A stretch of DNA of 64,000 nt from Erysipelotrichaceae bacterium (lineage in GTDB: Bacteria > Bacillota_I > Bacilli_A > RFN20 > CAG-826): positions 10,092-74,091 of the forward strand of contig CAVAGB010000001.1 in NCBI GenBank assembly GCA_963588055.1, written 5' to 3'. Of this stretch, positions 46,145 to 56,700 are shown in pieces. Under the pieces are notes generated by a model, which saw nothing but the letters and a program-made list of their open reading frames with translations, made no database searches and had not been told where the DNA came from. The translations under genes were made by a program, and so were the position numbers. Each line of letters opens with the position of its first letter. The first letter of the stretch is position 1.

Positions 46145-47608
46145 ATGACGAAAGAATGGAATTGGATGCTGCTTATTAAACGCCTTGCCAATCAAAAGAA
46201 AGAAAGCGAGACCGTCGAATTCAAGCACAACAATCCCGACGCCAGCATGATCGGACAAGACATCGCCGCCCTCGCGAACATGGCCGCCCTTATGGGTGAA
46301 GAGAAAGCCTACATGGTTTGGGGCGTCGCCGATTCGAGCTTTGATCTTGTCGGAACGGATTTCTCCCCCAATAAGACTAAGGTTGGCAACGAGGATCTGG
46401 GCAATTGGCTTTCCACTCAGCTTCAGCCCCGGCTTTTCATCGATTTCCATGAGGTCACGGACGGGGATAAAAAATACGTTGTTTTGGAAGTCGAGAAGTC
46501 ACGCGGCTTTGTCACATCGTTCAAGAAAGTTCCCTATTGCCGCGTAGGGAGCTACACAAAGCCCTTGAAGGATTTCCCGCTTATCGAAAAGAAGCTATGG
46601 GCCAAGCTGAACGATGCCGTCGCAGAAGAGCGCCTCGTCGCCTTCGACCTCTCTGAAAACGAGGTTGCCTCCCTTCTTTCTTTCGGCACGTATTTCAAGG
46701 TGCTGGGGACCCCCGTCCCATCGACTTTGGAGGAGATGCTTCGCAGGCTGACGAACGATGACATGGTGAAGAAGCAAGAAGACGGGCTTTATTCCATCAC
46801 CCTGATGGGCGCGTTGCTATTGGCCAACGATTTGGCCGCTTTCCCTTCGCTGGGGAGGAAACAAATCACTATCACGCTTTTTGAAGGCGAGAGCAAAATC
46901 CAGAATCGCGAAAGCAAGGAATTCAAAGCCGGCTATCTGCTTTCTTTCGAAGAAGCTGTTTCCTACCTGAAATCCTTCACTCTTCAAAGGACCTACGTCA
47001 ATGGAAATGGGTACACCGTCTCCTCTTATTTCTACCCCGACATCGTTCTGCGCGAAGGCCTCACAAACGCCATTATCCACCAGGACTTGCTTGAAAGAGG
47101 GGCGGGCCCAATGGTCAATATCACGAGCTCGTTCATTGAATTCGTCAATCCTGGGGCGCTTAAGATCAGCCCTGATCACATCATCGACGCCGAGCCGATT
47201 GCCGAGAATGAAAAATTGTCTTCCTTCCTCCGCCGGGCCGGCATCGGAGACGCCCGCAGGACGGGTTTCGACAAAATCGAGAACGCTCTTGAGGAAGCGA
47301 AGATGCTCTCCCCGTCTGTTCACGAACTTTCCGGCAGCGTTAGCGTCTATGTCCACGCGCTCAAGCCTTTTTCGCAATGGACCTTGGACGAGAAGCTAAG
47401 CGCCGCCTATTACCATGCTTGCCTTTTCTATTATTCCGCGGGAAAGGCGATGACGAACGAGACGCTCAGGGAACGCTTTGGATTGAATGCGAAAGAGAAA
47501 AGCACCGTCTCGCGAATCATCCGCGTGGCCGTAGAACGCGGAATGCTTAAAGTCGTGAATGTTGGCGCCTCCGATAAGAACCGCTCTTATGTGCCGTATT
47601 GGGCGTGA
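46145..47608 (+). CDS. AlbA_2 (Schlafen-like) domain protein with an HATPase_c_4-like region and a C-terminal HTH, paralogous in type to 36151..37578
   Basis: KKESETVEFKHNNPDASMIGQDIAALANMAALMGEEKAYMVWGV is the AlbA_2 signature. The middle segment EGLTNAIIHQD fits the ATPase-like region. The ATG at 46145 follows a GAGGAG SD. Confidence 0.7.
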   Translation: MTKEWNWMLLIKRLANQKKESETVEFKHNNPDASMIGQDIAALANMAALMGEEKAYMVWGVADSSFDLVGTDFSPNKTKVGNEDLGNWLSTQLQPRLFIDFHEVTDGDKKYVVLEVEKSRGFVTSFKKVPYCRVGSYTKPLKDFPLIEKKLWAKLNDAVAEERLVAFDLSENEVASLLSFGTYFKVLGTPVPSTLEEMLRRLTNDDMVKKQEDGLYSITLMGALLLANDLAAFPSLGRKQITITLFEGESKIQNRESKEFKAGYLLSFEEAVSYLKSFTLQRTYVNGNGYTVSSYFYPDIVLREGLTNAIIHQDLLERGAGPMVNITSSFIEFVNPGALKISPDHIIDAEPIAENEKLSSFLRRAGIGDARRTGFDKIENALEEAKMLSPSVHELSGSVSVYVHALKPFSQWTLDEKLSAAYYHACLFYYSAGKAMTNETLRERFGLNAKEKSTVSRIIRVAVERGMLKVVNVGASDKNRSYVPYWA

Positions 47609-47731
47609 TTTAGTTGCACGGAACTCGATTTTCAAAACCGAAAAATAAAGAAAGCGCGGTGACATCGAAAGTTTTTTAGTTAACACTTGGTTAACACTTG
47701 GTTGCAGGTCTAGTTAACAGTTGGTTGCAAA
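47609..47731 (+). repeat. 123-bp direct repeat, copy B (immediately after the AlbA_2 stop codon)
   Basis: It starts 1 nt after TGA 47606-47608 and has the same length and register as copy A. Confidence 0.9.
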
Positions 47732-47901
47732 CCCTTTTTTTGCCCCTTTGATTTGGCTCTGTATGAGCTGTCTTAATGCCCGCTGATCGCCGCCTGTTAC
47801 CGCTTTCAAGAGAAAAGAAGACGGAAAAGAGGGAAATTTCTTTTTGATAAAAAGAAAATGCCGTCTATTATGAGGCTGTCTGAATCCAAGGAGGGAATGC
47901 C

Positions 47902-50685
47902 GTGCTGAAACTCATCGACATCGTTAAAGACTATCTCGTCGCAGGCAAGTCCTTCCGCGCCTTGGAAGGGGTGAGCCTGACCTTCCGCGACAACGAATTC
48001 GTCTCGATCCTCGGCCCTAGCGGCTCGGGCAAGACCACGCTCCTGAACATCATCGGGGGCCTTGACCACTACACCTCGGGCGACCTTTTCATCGACGGGG
48101 TCTCAACGAAGGATTTCTCCGACCGCGATTGGGACAATTACCGCAACCACAAGGTCGGCTTCATCTTCCAATCCTACAACCTCATCCCCCATCAGAACGT
48201 CCTCCAGAACGTCGAGCTCGCCCTTACGATCTCAGGCGTTGGCAAAGAGGAAAGGGAAAGAAGATCCATCGAGGCTTTGGAGAAAGTGGGGCTGGGGGAG
48301 ATGCTCCATAAGCGCCCCAACCAGCTTTCCGGCGGCCAATGCCAGAGGGTCGCGATTGCGCGCGCCCTCGTCAACGACCCCTCCATCCTCCTCGCCGATG
48401 AGCCCACCGGGGCTTTGGACACCAAGACCAGCGTCCAGATCATGGACCTCCTCAAAGAGGTGGCCAAGGATCGCCTGGTCATCATGGTCACCCACAACCC
48501 CGAGCTCGCTGAGAGGTACTCCTCGCGCATCGTGAAGCTGCGCGATGGCAAAATCGAGGAGGACAGCAATCCCTATTCCTTCAAGGAGGAGAGGAAAGAG
48601 CCCCCCGCGAGCAAGAAGGCGAAGCTCTCCCTTTGGCAGGCTTTCCGCCTCTCTTTGCAGAATCTAGGCTCCAAGTCCAAACGCACGGCGATGGTCTCCT
48701 TCGCCGGCAGCATCGGCATCGTGGGCGTTTCTTTGGTTTTGGCCATCTCCAGCGGCGTCCAAGGCTACCTTTCCTCGATGCAGGACGACATGCTCTCCGG
48801 GAACCCCGTGAGCATCTCTAAAAGCACCCTCGACATCGAATCTTTGCTTTCCAGCTCCTCTTCCTCAACCCAAGCCTCTATCGTCTCTAGCTCCATCAAA
48901 GACGGGAAGGTGGACGTCAATTTCATCATCGAGCAGCTCGTGAAGACCTCGAAGACGACCTCCTCCTCTTTGGTCTCCAACACGATCTCCCAAAGCTACG
49001 TGGATTTCCTCAACGCCATGCCGAAGGAATACTACAACGCCCTTTCCTTCTCTTACGGCATCGCCCCCGAGCACAACATCTACACCGACGTCACCATCGA
49101 CGTCGCCTCCGACACGCAGGAAACGCAGACCCGCTCCCTCTCCTTCATGGAGCAATTCGCGACCTCCATCGTGCGCCAAACCGACTATTCCTCCTACGCC
49201 GACCTCGTCTCCACCTACGGCTCGCCCCTCTCCCAAGGGCTTGCCAACGAGAGCTACGTCCTCTCCCAATACGAATTCGTCGATGGGGGAAGGTTCGCAA
49301 AAAAAGAGGACGAGATGGTCTTGGTCCTCAATAAGAACGACCAGGTAACCGACTTCCTCCTCACCGAGCTAGGCTTCTATTCCCAGGACGAGTTCCTGAA
49401 CATCATCGACAAGTTCTCGAAGGAGAACGACGAGACCTACGAGTACAGCTACGACCCCTCGATCTACAAGGATAAATTCAGCTTCGAGGAGCTCAAGAGC
49501 AAGGATTTCTATTACTATCCGAACGACACGATCTACACCCCGAAAGAAGGCATCAAAGCTTACTTAGACGATGGCGAGGTCCCTTCCAAGGAGGACATCA
49601 CCCGCCCCTTCGACTACGAATCTAGACGCCAGGAGAAAGACTGGGGCGAGGGCATGAAGATGAAGATCGTCGGCATCTTGGCCCCGAAGGAAAGCGTCAG
49701 CTACGGCTGCTTGAGCAGCGGGCTTTATTACACGCCCGCCTTCACCGAGAAATACCGCGAGGACAACGCGAACAGTTACCTCGCGGGGCTGCTCAACCTC
49801 TATTCCTCCTTGGCGGGCGCGGACTCGATCACGACGACCATCACCACCAACCCGACGACCGGGGAAGTCAGCGGGACCGGCATCTATTACGAATTCGACT
49901 ATTACCTCAAGTGGCATGAGCACGACCACGCGGTGAGCGATTACGGGATCGTGGGCAGAAGCTCCTCGACCTCGGCTTTGCTCAGCACCTTCGCCTCGGC
50001 GATGGGGCTAAGCGGGACTTCGGGCAGGACGGGATCGCTAAGCCTCGCGCAGGCCGGAGGCTCGAAAACGCCCACCTACATCAGCATCTACCCCCTTGAT
50101 TTCAACTCAAAGTACCTCGTCACCGATTACCTTGATACCTGGAACGCGGAAGGGGACGTGAAGGGGATCGATTCAGACGGGATGACCTATTACATCTCTT
50201 ACATCGATAGGAAAGACAGCTCGGTCAAATACACGGACAACCTGCAGCTGGTCATCTCGATGATCAACACGATCCTCGACATCGTCACCTATTCCCTCAT
50301 CGCCTTCACCGCGCTCTCCTTGCTCGTTAGCACGGTCATGATCGCCATCATCACCTACGTTTCGGTCATCGAGCGCATCAAGGAAATCGGAGTCATCAGG
50401 AGCCTCGGCGGCAGAAAGAGGGACGTGGCCAACCTCTTCGTGGCGGAGACCATCATGGTGGGGCTCTTCTCCGGTGTCGTCGGAATCGGACTGACCTACC
50501 TGCTCTCGTTGGTGGTCAATCTCATCGTGGGCAATTTCACCGGCGTCTACACGATCGCCTCCTTGCCTTGGTATCTGGCTCTCTTGATGATCGGCGTCTC
50601 CATCGTTTTGACCTCGATCTCCGGCATCGTCCCGGCGATGTCGGCGGCCAGAAAAGATCCGGTGACCGCGCTTAGAAGCGAGTAA
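47902..50685 (+). CDS. Fused ABC transporter ATP-binding domain and FtsX/MacB-type permease with a very large extracytoplasmic domain
   Basis: The GTG start lies 6 nt after AAGGAGGG. The N-terminus carries GPSGSGKTTLLN, LSGGQCQRVAIARAL and LLADEPTGALD. One TM helix is followed by a roughly 530-aa extracytoplasmic region, then 3 TM helices with the FtsX motif (ERIKEIGVIRSLGGRKRDV). Confidence 0.8.
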   Translation: MLKLIDIVKDYLVAGKSFRALEGVSLTFRDNEFVSILGPSGSGKTTLLNIIGGLDHYTSGDLFIDGVSTKDFSDRDWDNYRNHKVGFIFQSYNLIPHQNVLQNVELALTISGVGKEERERRSIEALEKVGLGEMLHKRPNQLSGGQCQRVAIARALVNDPSILLADEPTGALDTKTSVQIMDLLKEVAKDRLVIMVTHNPELAERYSSRIVKLRDGKIEEDSNPYSFKEERKEPPASKKAKLSLWQAFRLSLQNLGSKSKRTAMVSFAGSIGIVGVSLVLAISSGVQGYLSSMQDDMLSGNPVSISKSTLDIESLLSSSSSSTQASIVSSSIKDGKVDVNFIIEQLVKTSKTTSSSLVSNTISQSYVDFLNAMPKEYYNALSFSYGIAPEHNIYTDVTIDVASDTQETQTRSLSFMEQFATSIVRQTDYSSYADLVSTYGSPLSQGLANESYVLSQYEFVDGGRFAKKEDEMVLVLNKNDQVTDFLLTELGFYSQDEFLNIIDKFSKENDETYEYSYDPSIYKDKFSFEELKSKDFYYYPNDTIYTPKEGIKAYLDDGEVPSKEDITRPFDYESRRQEKDWGEGMKMKIVGILAPKESVSYGCLSSGLYYTPAFTEKYREDNANSYLAGLLNLYSSLAGADSITTTITTNPTTGEVSGTGIYYEFDYYLKWHEHDHAVSDYGIVGRSSSTSALLSTFASAMGLSGTSGRTGSLSLAQAGGSKTPTYISIYPLDFNSKYLVTDYLDTWNAEGDVKGIDSDGMTYYISYIDRKDSSVKYTDNLQLVISMINTILDIVTYSLIAFTALSLLVSTVMIAIITYVSVIERIKEIGVIRSLGGRKRDVANLFVAETIMVGLFSGVVGIGLTYLLSLVVNLIVGNFTGVYTIASLPWYLALLMIGVSIVLTSISGIVPAMSAARKDPVTALRSE

Positions 50686-50696
50686 GACAATAAAAT

Positions 50697-50727
50697 AAGG
50701 CGGTTTTGCGGGGAAAACCTCCTTTTT
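50697..50727 (+). terminator. Terminator after the ABC/FtsX gene
   Basis: AAGGCGGTTTT-GCGGGG-AAAACCTCCTT is an 11-bp stem with one mismatch, followed by TTT. Confidence 0.55.
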
Positions 50728-50829
50728 GCAGGCTTTTAGTAACTTTAATGCAAACCAATTCCTTCCAAGAGAGAAGGCGATTTGGCTTATTTCCATTTCG
50801 CGAACGGCTTAGCGAAAGCGATTGATGCT

Positions 50830-51104
50830 TTATATGTCCAAGGCTTCCTTCAGATCTTCCATGCTGGAGTAGGTTTTCCCGGCTGGGTCGGAAAGGATCT
50901 CCTTACCTTCTTCTATCGCAAGCCTCGTGGCTTTGTTTGGGATGTCCAATTTGAGGTCGAAAGGAATGGCTTGCTCCCTGACCGCGCATTTCAGGAAGGC
51001 GTTCACCGCGGTGGTCATGTCGATGCCAAGCTCATCGAAGAGCTTTTCTCCGCCTCCTGCTTCGTCGCTTTGTCCGTCCTGATGCTGAGAATCACTGTTT
51101 CCAT
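50830..51104 (-). pseudogene. RelB/DinJ-family antitoxin gene split by a frameshift, with no toxin partner
   Basis: The ATG at 51104 (AAGGAG SD) gives METVILSIRTDKATKQEAEK, then the frame ends early. The continuation LFDELGIDMTTAVNAFLKCAVREQAIPFDLKL... lies in another frame. The junction is an A4 run on the coding strand (51044-51047). Confidence 0.55.
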
Positions 51105-51272
51105 AATATTGTCTCCTTCAATATTGGCTCTATGGCTAATAGGTGCGTCAGCAATACAAAACCATAAATTGTTATGCAATTGAAGAATATTGCCGTAGAA
51201 GGATCCTAATCGGCTTTCAAAAACCTTGGTTAGCGATAGCCGTGGCAAAACGTCTTCAAACTAGCTTATGGA

Positions 51273-52106
51273 TCAGCAAAGGCCAAGGCTTTTGAGGAAA
51301 TAGGGGATGGCCCTCTCGAACTCAGGGCCGTATATCTTCCCGTCCAGCCCATCCTCCTCGTTGAAGGAGAGGGCCTTGGCGACGTAAAGGGCGGCGAGGT
51401 GGGCGCTCTCTGGCAAAGAATTCCCAAGCAGATAGGCGGAAAGGAGGGCGCTTGAGAAAAGGTCGCCCGTCCCGTGCGCGCTTTGCTTCGCTTCCTCATA
51501 GAAAGAAGAAAACTTCCCGTCGTCGAGCACCAAGCAGCCGATCTTCCCTTCCCTTTCGATCCCAGAGAGGACGACTTTCTTCGGGCCTAAGGAAGAGACT
51601 TTGCTTATGAGCTCTTCCAAAAAGCCGTCGCTGGGGGCGCACTGGGGATAAGGGGTGTTGGTCAAGAAGCAGGCTTCGGTGATGTTGGGCTTAGCCAAAT
51701 CGGCTTCCTTCATTAGAGCATGCATGGCTTCGATGTGGCTCATGGAGAAGCCTGCGTAGAGCTCGCCGTGGTCTCCAAAGGCGGGGTCGACGAAAAGCAA
51801 CGTGTCTTTGCCCCGGAAACTATGGATGAGCGAGAGGGCCATCTCCACCTGGGCGGTGGCTAGGTATCCCGTGTAGATCGCCTTGAAGGAGACGTCGTAT
51901 CCTTCCCATTTTCTAGGGGCTTCCATCAAGGAGGGGAGGGTGTCGATCCAAGTCCAGGAGGGGAAGACGGTGTGGTTGGAAAGGACGGAGGTGGGGAGGC
52001 CGACCGCCTCGATGCCGGCGGCTGAGAGGGTAGGCAGGGCGACGGTGAGGGAGCATCTCCCTAGACAGGAATAATCTTGAATCGTCAAAACGCGGGTTTG
52101 CTTCAT
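51273..52106 (-). CDS. pdxK: Pyridoxal/pyridoxamine kinase (ribokinase superfamily)
   Basis: MKQTRVLTIQDYSCLGRCSLTVALPTLSAAGIEAVGLPTSVLSNHT and the C-terminal GTGDLFSSALL are PdxK/PdxY hallmarks. The start is the ATG at 52106. Confidence 0.8.
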   Translation of the reverse strand: MKQTRVLTIQDYSCLGRCSLTVALPTLSAAGIEAVGLPTSVLSNHTVFPSWTWIDTLPSLMEAPRKWEGYDVSFKAIYTGYLATAQVEMALSLIHSFRGKDTLLFVDPAFGDHGELYAGFSMSHIEAMHALMKEADLAKPNITEACFLTNTPYPQCAPSDGFLEELISKVSSLGPKKVVLSGIEREGKIGCLVLDDGKFSSFYEEAKQSAHGTGDLFSSALLSAYLLGNSLPESAHLAALYVAKALSFNEEDGLDGKIYGPEFERAIPYFLKSLGLC

Positions 52107-52175
52107 GGCGACTAGGCTAGTCCAAAACAAGGGAAAATGGAAGGAAAAGAGGCGTGCTCGTGCTAAAATCGCCTC

Positions 52176-53264
52176 ATGGACATCTGGAAGATAAAAAGCA
52201 CTTTGAAAACGGTCTCCAACGTCTTGGACGCGGTCTCCAACCCCAAAGAGGCCCTGACCCCTGAGACGGCGCTGAAGATGGTCTTTGAGAGAAGGTTCTC
52301 CACCGTCGACGGCTTCCGCTCTTCCTGGGATTACCTCGAGCGCTGCTCATTCGAGGATTTCCCTTCGCTGCAGAAGAAGAAGATGGTGCCGGTCTATTCT
52401 AACGGCAACAGGCTCTGCCTCCATCTTTATGAGCAGCCTTGCCCAAAAGGGCTCTTCCTCTGCGTGCATGGCATCGGGGGGCTGAGCGAGGATTCCTCTT
52501 CCTGCATCCACGATTATCTCTTTAGAAGCGGATACGACGTGGCCGCGCTCGACCTCACCGCCTCAGGAAGAAGTGAGGGAGTGGGGGTGAAGGGGCTTTC
52601 GCAAAGCGCCCTCGACGTCGCCTCGGCGATGAGTTTCATCCACCAATCGAGCCTAGGGAAGCTGCCTTTGTTCCTCCTTGGGCATTCCTGGGGGGCTTAT
52701 GGGGTCTCCGCCTCCTTGCATTTCGACAAGACCCCTTTGGCCGTCTTCGAGCTCGCGGGCTTCCGCGACCCCGTTTCCATCATGACCGCTCTGCCCTCTT
52801 CTTACGTCGGCTTCGATCTCTCCTTCACCGAGCCTTCCTTGAGGAGGGCGATGGAGGAAAGGGACCCGAAGCACGCCTTCCTCTCCGCCAAAGACGCCCT
52901 GGAAGAGGCGAAGAACGTTTATGCGATGCTCATCCATGGCGACAAGGACAAAGTGGTGGTGCCCGATTCCGCCTTATTTAGCGCGGACTACGCGCGCAAC
53001 GGGATCGAGAAGCTGCAGATGAAGGGGAGGGCGCATGGCGATGTGATGATGTCCCTAGACAGCGTCCTTTACCTCTCCAAAGCCAAGGAAAGCTGCTCCG
53101 CCATCTATCAAAAATACAAGAAGAGCCCTGCTAAGATTGGCGAGGAGGACCTTTCCGCTTATCGCGCCTGCTTCGATAAGCGCATGGCCTCTTTCCTCGA
53201 TCAAGGGCTCTTCGGGAAGATCGTCTCAACCGCCGATTCGCTCGCTAGGAAGGCCTTGGGCTAG
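52176..53264 (+). CDS. Alpha/beta hydrolase
   Basis: Nucleophile elbow GHSWGAY, an HG-type oxyanion region (VHGIGG), and Asp and His candidates downstream. Confidence 0.65.
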   Translation: MDIWKIKSTLKTVSNVLDAVSNPKEALTPETALKMVFERRFSTVDGFRSSWDYLERCSFEDFPSLQKKKMVPVYSNGNRLCLHLYEQPCPKGLFLCVHGIGGLSEDSSSCIHDYLFRSGYDVAALDLTASGRSEGVGVKGLSQSALDVASAMSFIHQSSLGKLPLFLLGHSWGAYGVSASLHFDKTPLAVFELAGFRDPVSIMTALPSSYVGFDLSFTEPSLRRAMEERDPKHAFLSAKDALEEAKNVYAMLIHGDKDKVVVPDSALFSADYARNGIEKLQMKGRAHGDVMMSLDSVLYLSKAKESCSAIYQKYKKSPAKIGEEDLSAYRACFDKRMASFLDQGLFGKIVSTADSLARKALG

Positions 53265-53292
53265 GCTTTCTTCGACGCAAGCCAAAAAATGT

Positions 53293-53321
53293 TTGCTTAA
53301 GCAAGGGGGCGCGCATATAAT
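53293..53321 (+). promoter_or_regulatory. Sigma-70 promoter of the tRNA-Ala/tRNA-Met unit
   Basis: TTGCTT (53293-98), a 17-nt spacer, then TATAAT (53316-21), followed by the GC-rich discriminator GGGCGAGCC. Confidence 0.55.
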
Positions 53322-53355
53322 GGGCGAGCCGCTTTGAGGCGGCAGGTAATCTAGC

Positions 53356-53431
53356 GGGACCTTAGCTCAGCTGGGAGAGCGCGTGCTTTGCAAGCATGAG
53401 GTCGCCGGTTCGATCCCGGTAGGTTCCACCA
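53356..53431 (+). tRNA. tRNA-Ala (TGC)
   Basis: Acceptor GGGACCT/AGGTTCC includes the G3:U70 Ala identity pair. Anticodon arm CGTGC-TTTGCAA-GCATG; encoded CCA. Confidence 0.9.
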
Positions 53432-53435
53432 CGAT

Positions 53436-53512
53436 GGCTGAGTAGCCCAGCTGGTTAGAGCAACCGGCTCATACCCGGTATGTCGAGGGTTCAAATCCCC
53501 CCTCAGCCACCA
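53436..53512 (+). tRNA. tRNA with a CAT anticodon (elongator Met or lysidine-type Ile2; not initiator-like)
   Basis: Acceptor GGCTGAG/CTCAGCC with G1:C72 paired. Anticodon arm ACCGG-CTCATAC-CCGGT lacks the initiator GGG/CCC. Encoded CCA. Confidence 0.85.
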
Positions 53513-53523
53513 CTTGTCAATGA

Positions 53524-53551
53524 AGGTCTGATTCTGCGTCAGGCCTTTTTC
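53524..53551 (+). terminator. Terminator after the tRNA pair
   Basis: AGGTCTGA-TTCTGCG-TCAGGCCT (one G:U pair) followed by TTTTT. Confidence 0.7.
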
Positions 53552-53794
53552 TTTCCGCGCGCTGAGGCAAACAAGAGAATCGTTGTCTGATTGGGCGGCC
53601 TCTACGCGTGTGCCTTAGAGGGGGCTCAACCAAAGAGAGGCCTTTGGAAAACGAGGCCAATCCAAATACGCTGCAAAAAAAGAAAAAAACGGGTTTTTGC
53701 AGGGTTTTCGATTCGATTTCCCCTTCAAGAGGAAAGAGGCGTGGCATCAAGAGTTTTCTTTCTTTTTGCCACCTACCCATATAGAATATGGGTT

Positions 53795-56700
53795 ATGAAC
53801 TTTTCACCCTTCCCCAAGAAGTACTCGGAAGAGATCGCTTCTTCAAGCATTCCCCTCGCCCTGTTTCGGATAGAATCAAAGCACGCCACGCCGGTGTTGG
53901 TCTCCTCCGGCTTGCTCCTTAGCTTATCCATGAGCGAAAGCGAGGCCATGCAAGCCTTCGAGGAGGATCCTCTCTTCTTGCTTAGGGAAGACACCAAGCC
54001 TGGGATCAGGAAGACCTTGCTTTCCTTCCTCAAGGAGCAAAGCGGGTTCGATGAGGAAATCATCACCAAATACGGCACCCACACGACCTTCCATAAGGTC
54101 CGCGTCTCGGCGAAGATGCTGGATTTCAATGGGGCGCGCTACGCCTATTTCCTCTTCACCGATCTGAGCCCTTATCTCCTCCATCACAAGAACGAGCGGA
54201 GCAACACCCTCGCTTTGCACAACACCGATGAGCAGATCCGCAGGGACCTCTTCGACGGGCTGACCGGGCTCCCCAACATGGCCCACTTCATCGACCTAGC
54301 CAAAGTCGGCAGGGCTTCGATGCTAGCCAGGAAAGAGCCTTTCTGCGTCCTCTCCTTCGACTTCATCGGCATGAAGTCCTACAACCTCAAATACGGCACC
54401 GCGGAAGGGGACGCTTTGCTGAAGGATTTCGGCAAACTCCTCTCCGACACTTTCTCCCCCCTTTGCTGCGCCCGCTTCGGCGAGGACCATTTCTACGCCT
54501 TCGCCCTCACCGCGGGGATCGAAGCCGTGGTATCGTGCTTCTTCGACGAGGCCAAAAAGCTCAATAAAGGCAACAGCCTCCCGGTGAAGGTGGGCATCTA
54601 CCGCTGCACCGACAAAGACAAAGGCGACGCCGTCACCGCCTTCGACAAGGCCAAGTTCGCCTGCGACTCCGACCGCTTCACCTACGCCTCCCATTACATC
54701 TTCTTCACCGACGAGATGGAGGCCAACATCGAGATGAGGGACTACGTCCTCTCCCATCTTGACGAGGCACTAGAGAAGAATTGGATCAAAGCCTATTACC
54801 AGCCGATCTTCCGCTCGGTGAGCGGCTTAGTCTGCGATGAGGAGGCCCTCGCGAGGTGGGAGGACCCCGTCTTGGGAATCGTGAGCCCCAAGGACTTCAT
54901 CCCCTATTTGGAAGAAGCCCACTTGCTTTACAAAGTGGACATCCGCATGATCGAGCTCATCATCGAGGGATTCGACGCGAAGAGGAAAGCCAACATCCCC
55001 CTCGTCCCCGTCTCGCTCAACCTCTCGCGCTTCGACTTCGAGCAGGCCGACATGGTGGAGGAGGTCAAGAAAGCGATGGACAAAGCGGGCTATCCGGCCT
55101 CTTTGCTCACCATCGAGATCACCGAAGCCGTCGCCGGGCACGACCAGGAATTCATCTCCGCCCAGATCAAGCGCTTCCACGAAGCCGGCTTCAAGGTGTG
55201 GATGGACGATTTCGGCGCGGGGTATTCCTCGCTAAACGTCTTAAGCGACCTCGAGTTCGACCTCGTGAAGATCGACATGAAGTTCATGCGCAACTTCATG
55301 ACCAACGACAAGGTCCAGCCCCTTCTCTCCAGCATCCTGCAGATGGCCCAGTCCCTAGGCGTGGACACCCTCTGCGAAGGCGTGGAGACGCTGGAGCAGC
55401 TGATCTTCCTTCAAAACAACGGTTGCGACAGGATCCAGGGCTTCTACTACGAGAAGCCGATCCCCCTTTCAAAGGTGCTGGATCGCACCTCGAAATGGGC
55501 GAGGGAGAACGTCCTCGACACTCCTTATTACGACGAAGTCGGCGAAGCCTGCTTGGAGCATCCTCTTGGCATGGATTCCAGCCTCGGCGTGCGCTCGGGC
55601 ATCTTGGAATACCAAGACGGGAAATGCTACTTCCTCCGCGGCACCGCGGCCTACCGCGAGTTCCTGGAGAAGGGCGGGATGGTCAATTTCTCCTCCTTCA
55701 CGAAGACTCGCCTCCCCTTCGCCCGCCAGCCCACCCCGGCCTTCGTCGACGCGATCGAGCGCGCCATCTCTTCCGGGAACCCCGTCACCGCGCCTTTCCT
55801 TGAGAAAGGCCTGCCCGCGTTTCAGATCACCGTCAGGGAGATCGCCCGCAAAGGGGTGAGCGTCCCTTGCTACGCCGTCCTCGTCGTCCTTGAGCCTTCT
55901 AGCGAGGAGTACCTCGTCGAGGAATCGCTCTTCCCGACTCTCACCGTCAAATTGCTTTACGACGGCAAAGGGAAACCGAACAACCTCGCTTATCAAGACT
56001 GCAACAAGAAGCAGGAGGCCTATAGCGGCATCCCCAAGAAGAAGCTCCTTTCGATGACCCTCAACGACACCTTCCCCAATCCCTCCCCCTTTTGGATCGA
56101 ACTCTGCGTGGAGGCGAGGGACAGCAAAAAAGAGCAAACGGGCCAGTTCTACGCCAAGGAGCTCAGCCGCAACATCTTCTACTCCGTCTCCCCGCTTTGG
56201 GAGAAGGACGTCTTCCTCTTCCGCTTCTACGAGATCGACTCCGACGAGCTGCTCAACATGCAGGACCGCCACGACGTCGGGGCGGACACCTTGCTTTTCA
56301 GGGCCTCGAAGACCCTCGCCGAAGGGCATTCCATCAACACGATCAACCTCTTCTTGGAAGAGCTTTCGAGGGGACTGGGCTGCCGCTTCGGGCTTTACCG
56401 CACCAGGAAGGGGATCTCCCGCTTAGTGACCTACGCCCCCCAGATCGAGAAGACCCCGTCTTTCTATTTCTCCGCTTCGCGCTTGCCTAGCTTCGATGAG
56501 CAGATAGGCAAGTACGGGCATTACGATTCCGCCCTCGCCCCGGAGAGGAACGGGCTTTCCTCCTGCAGCAGGGCGATGGCCGCCCCCATCAAGAAAGCGG
56601 GGGAGATCCTCGGCTATCTGGTCTGCTTCGACTATGGGCTTGATAAGCAAAACGAGACCACGGTTTGCCTCCTAGAGGGGGCGAATCTACTCACCACCTT

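Noticed and set aside
45976-47731. Integron cassette / attC interpretation of the 123-bp repeats.
   Set aside because: The repeat lacks the imperfect internal inverted-repeat structure and the GTTRRRY / RYYYAAC core sites of attC. It is built from direct sub-repeats, and no intI-like integrase is present. The possibility of some other recombinase is kept open in the findings.
50686-50829. RelE/YafQ-type toxin gene downstream of the antitoxin relic (ORF MEISQIAFSLG...).
   Set aside because: The reading frame immediately runs antisense into the ABC/FtsX gene and has no similarity to RelE/YafQ/ParE N-termini. It has no SD.
53552-53794. c-di-GMP (GEMM-I) riboswitch in the long leader of the GGDEF/EAL gene.
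   Set aside because: Only a GGCAAAC fragment resembles the consensus. The paired ACGCAAAGCC element and the two-hairpin architecture are absent.
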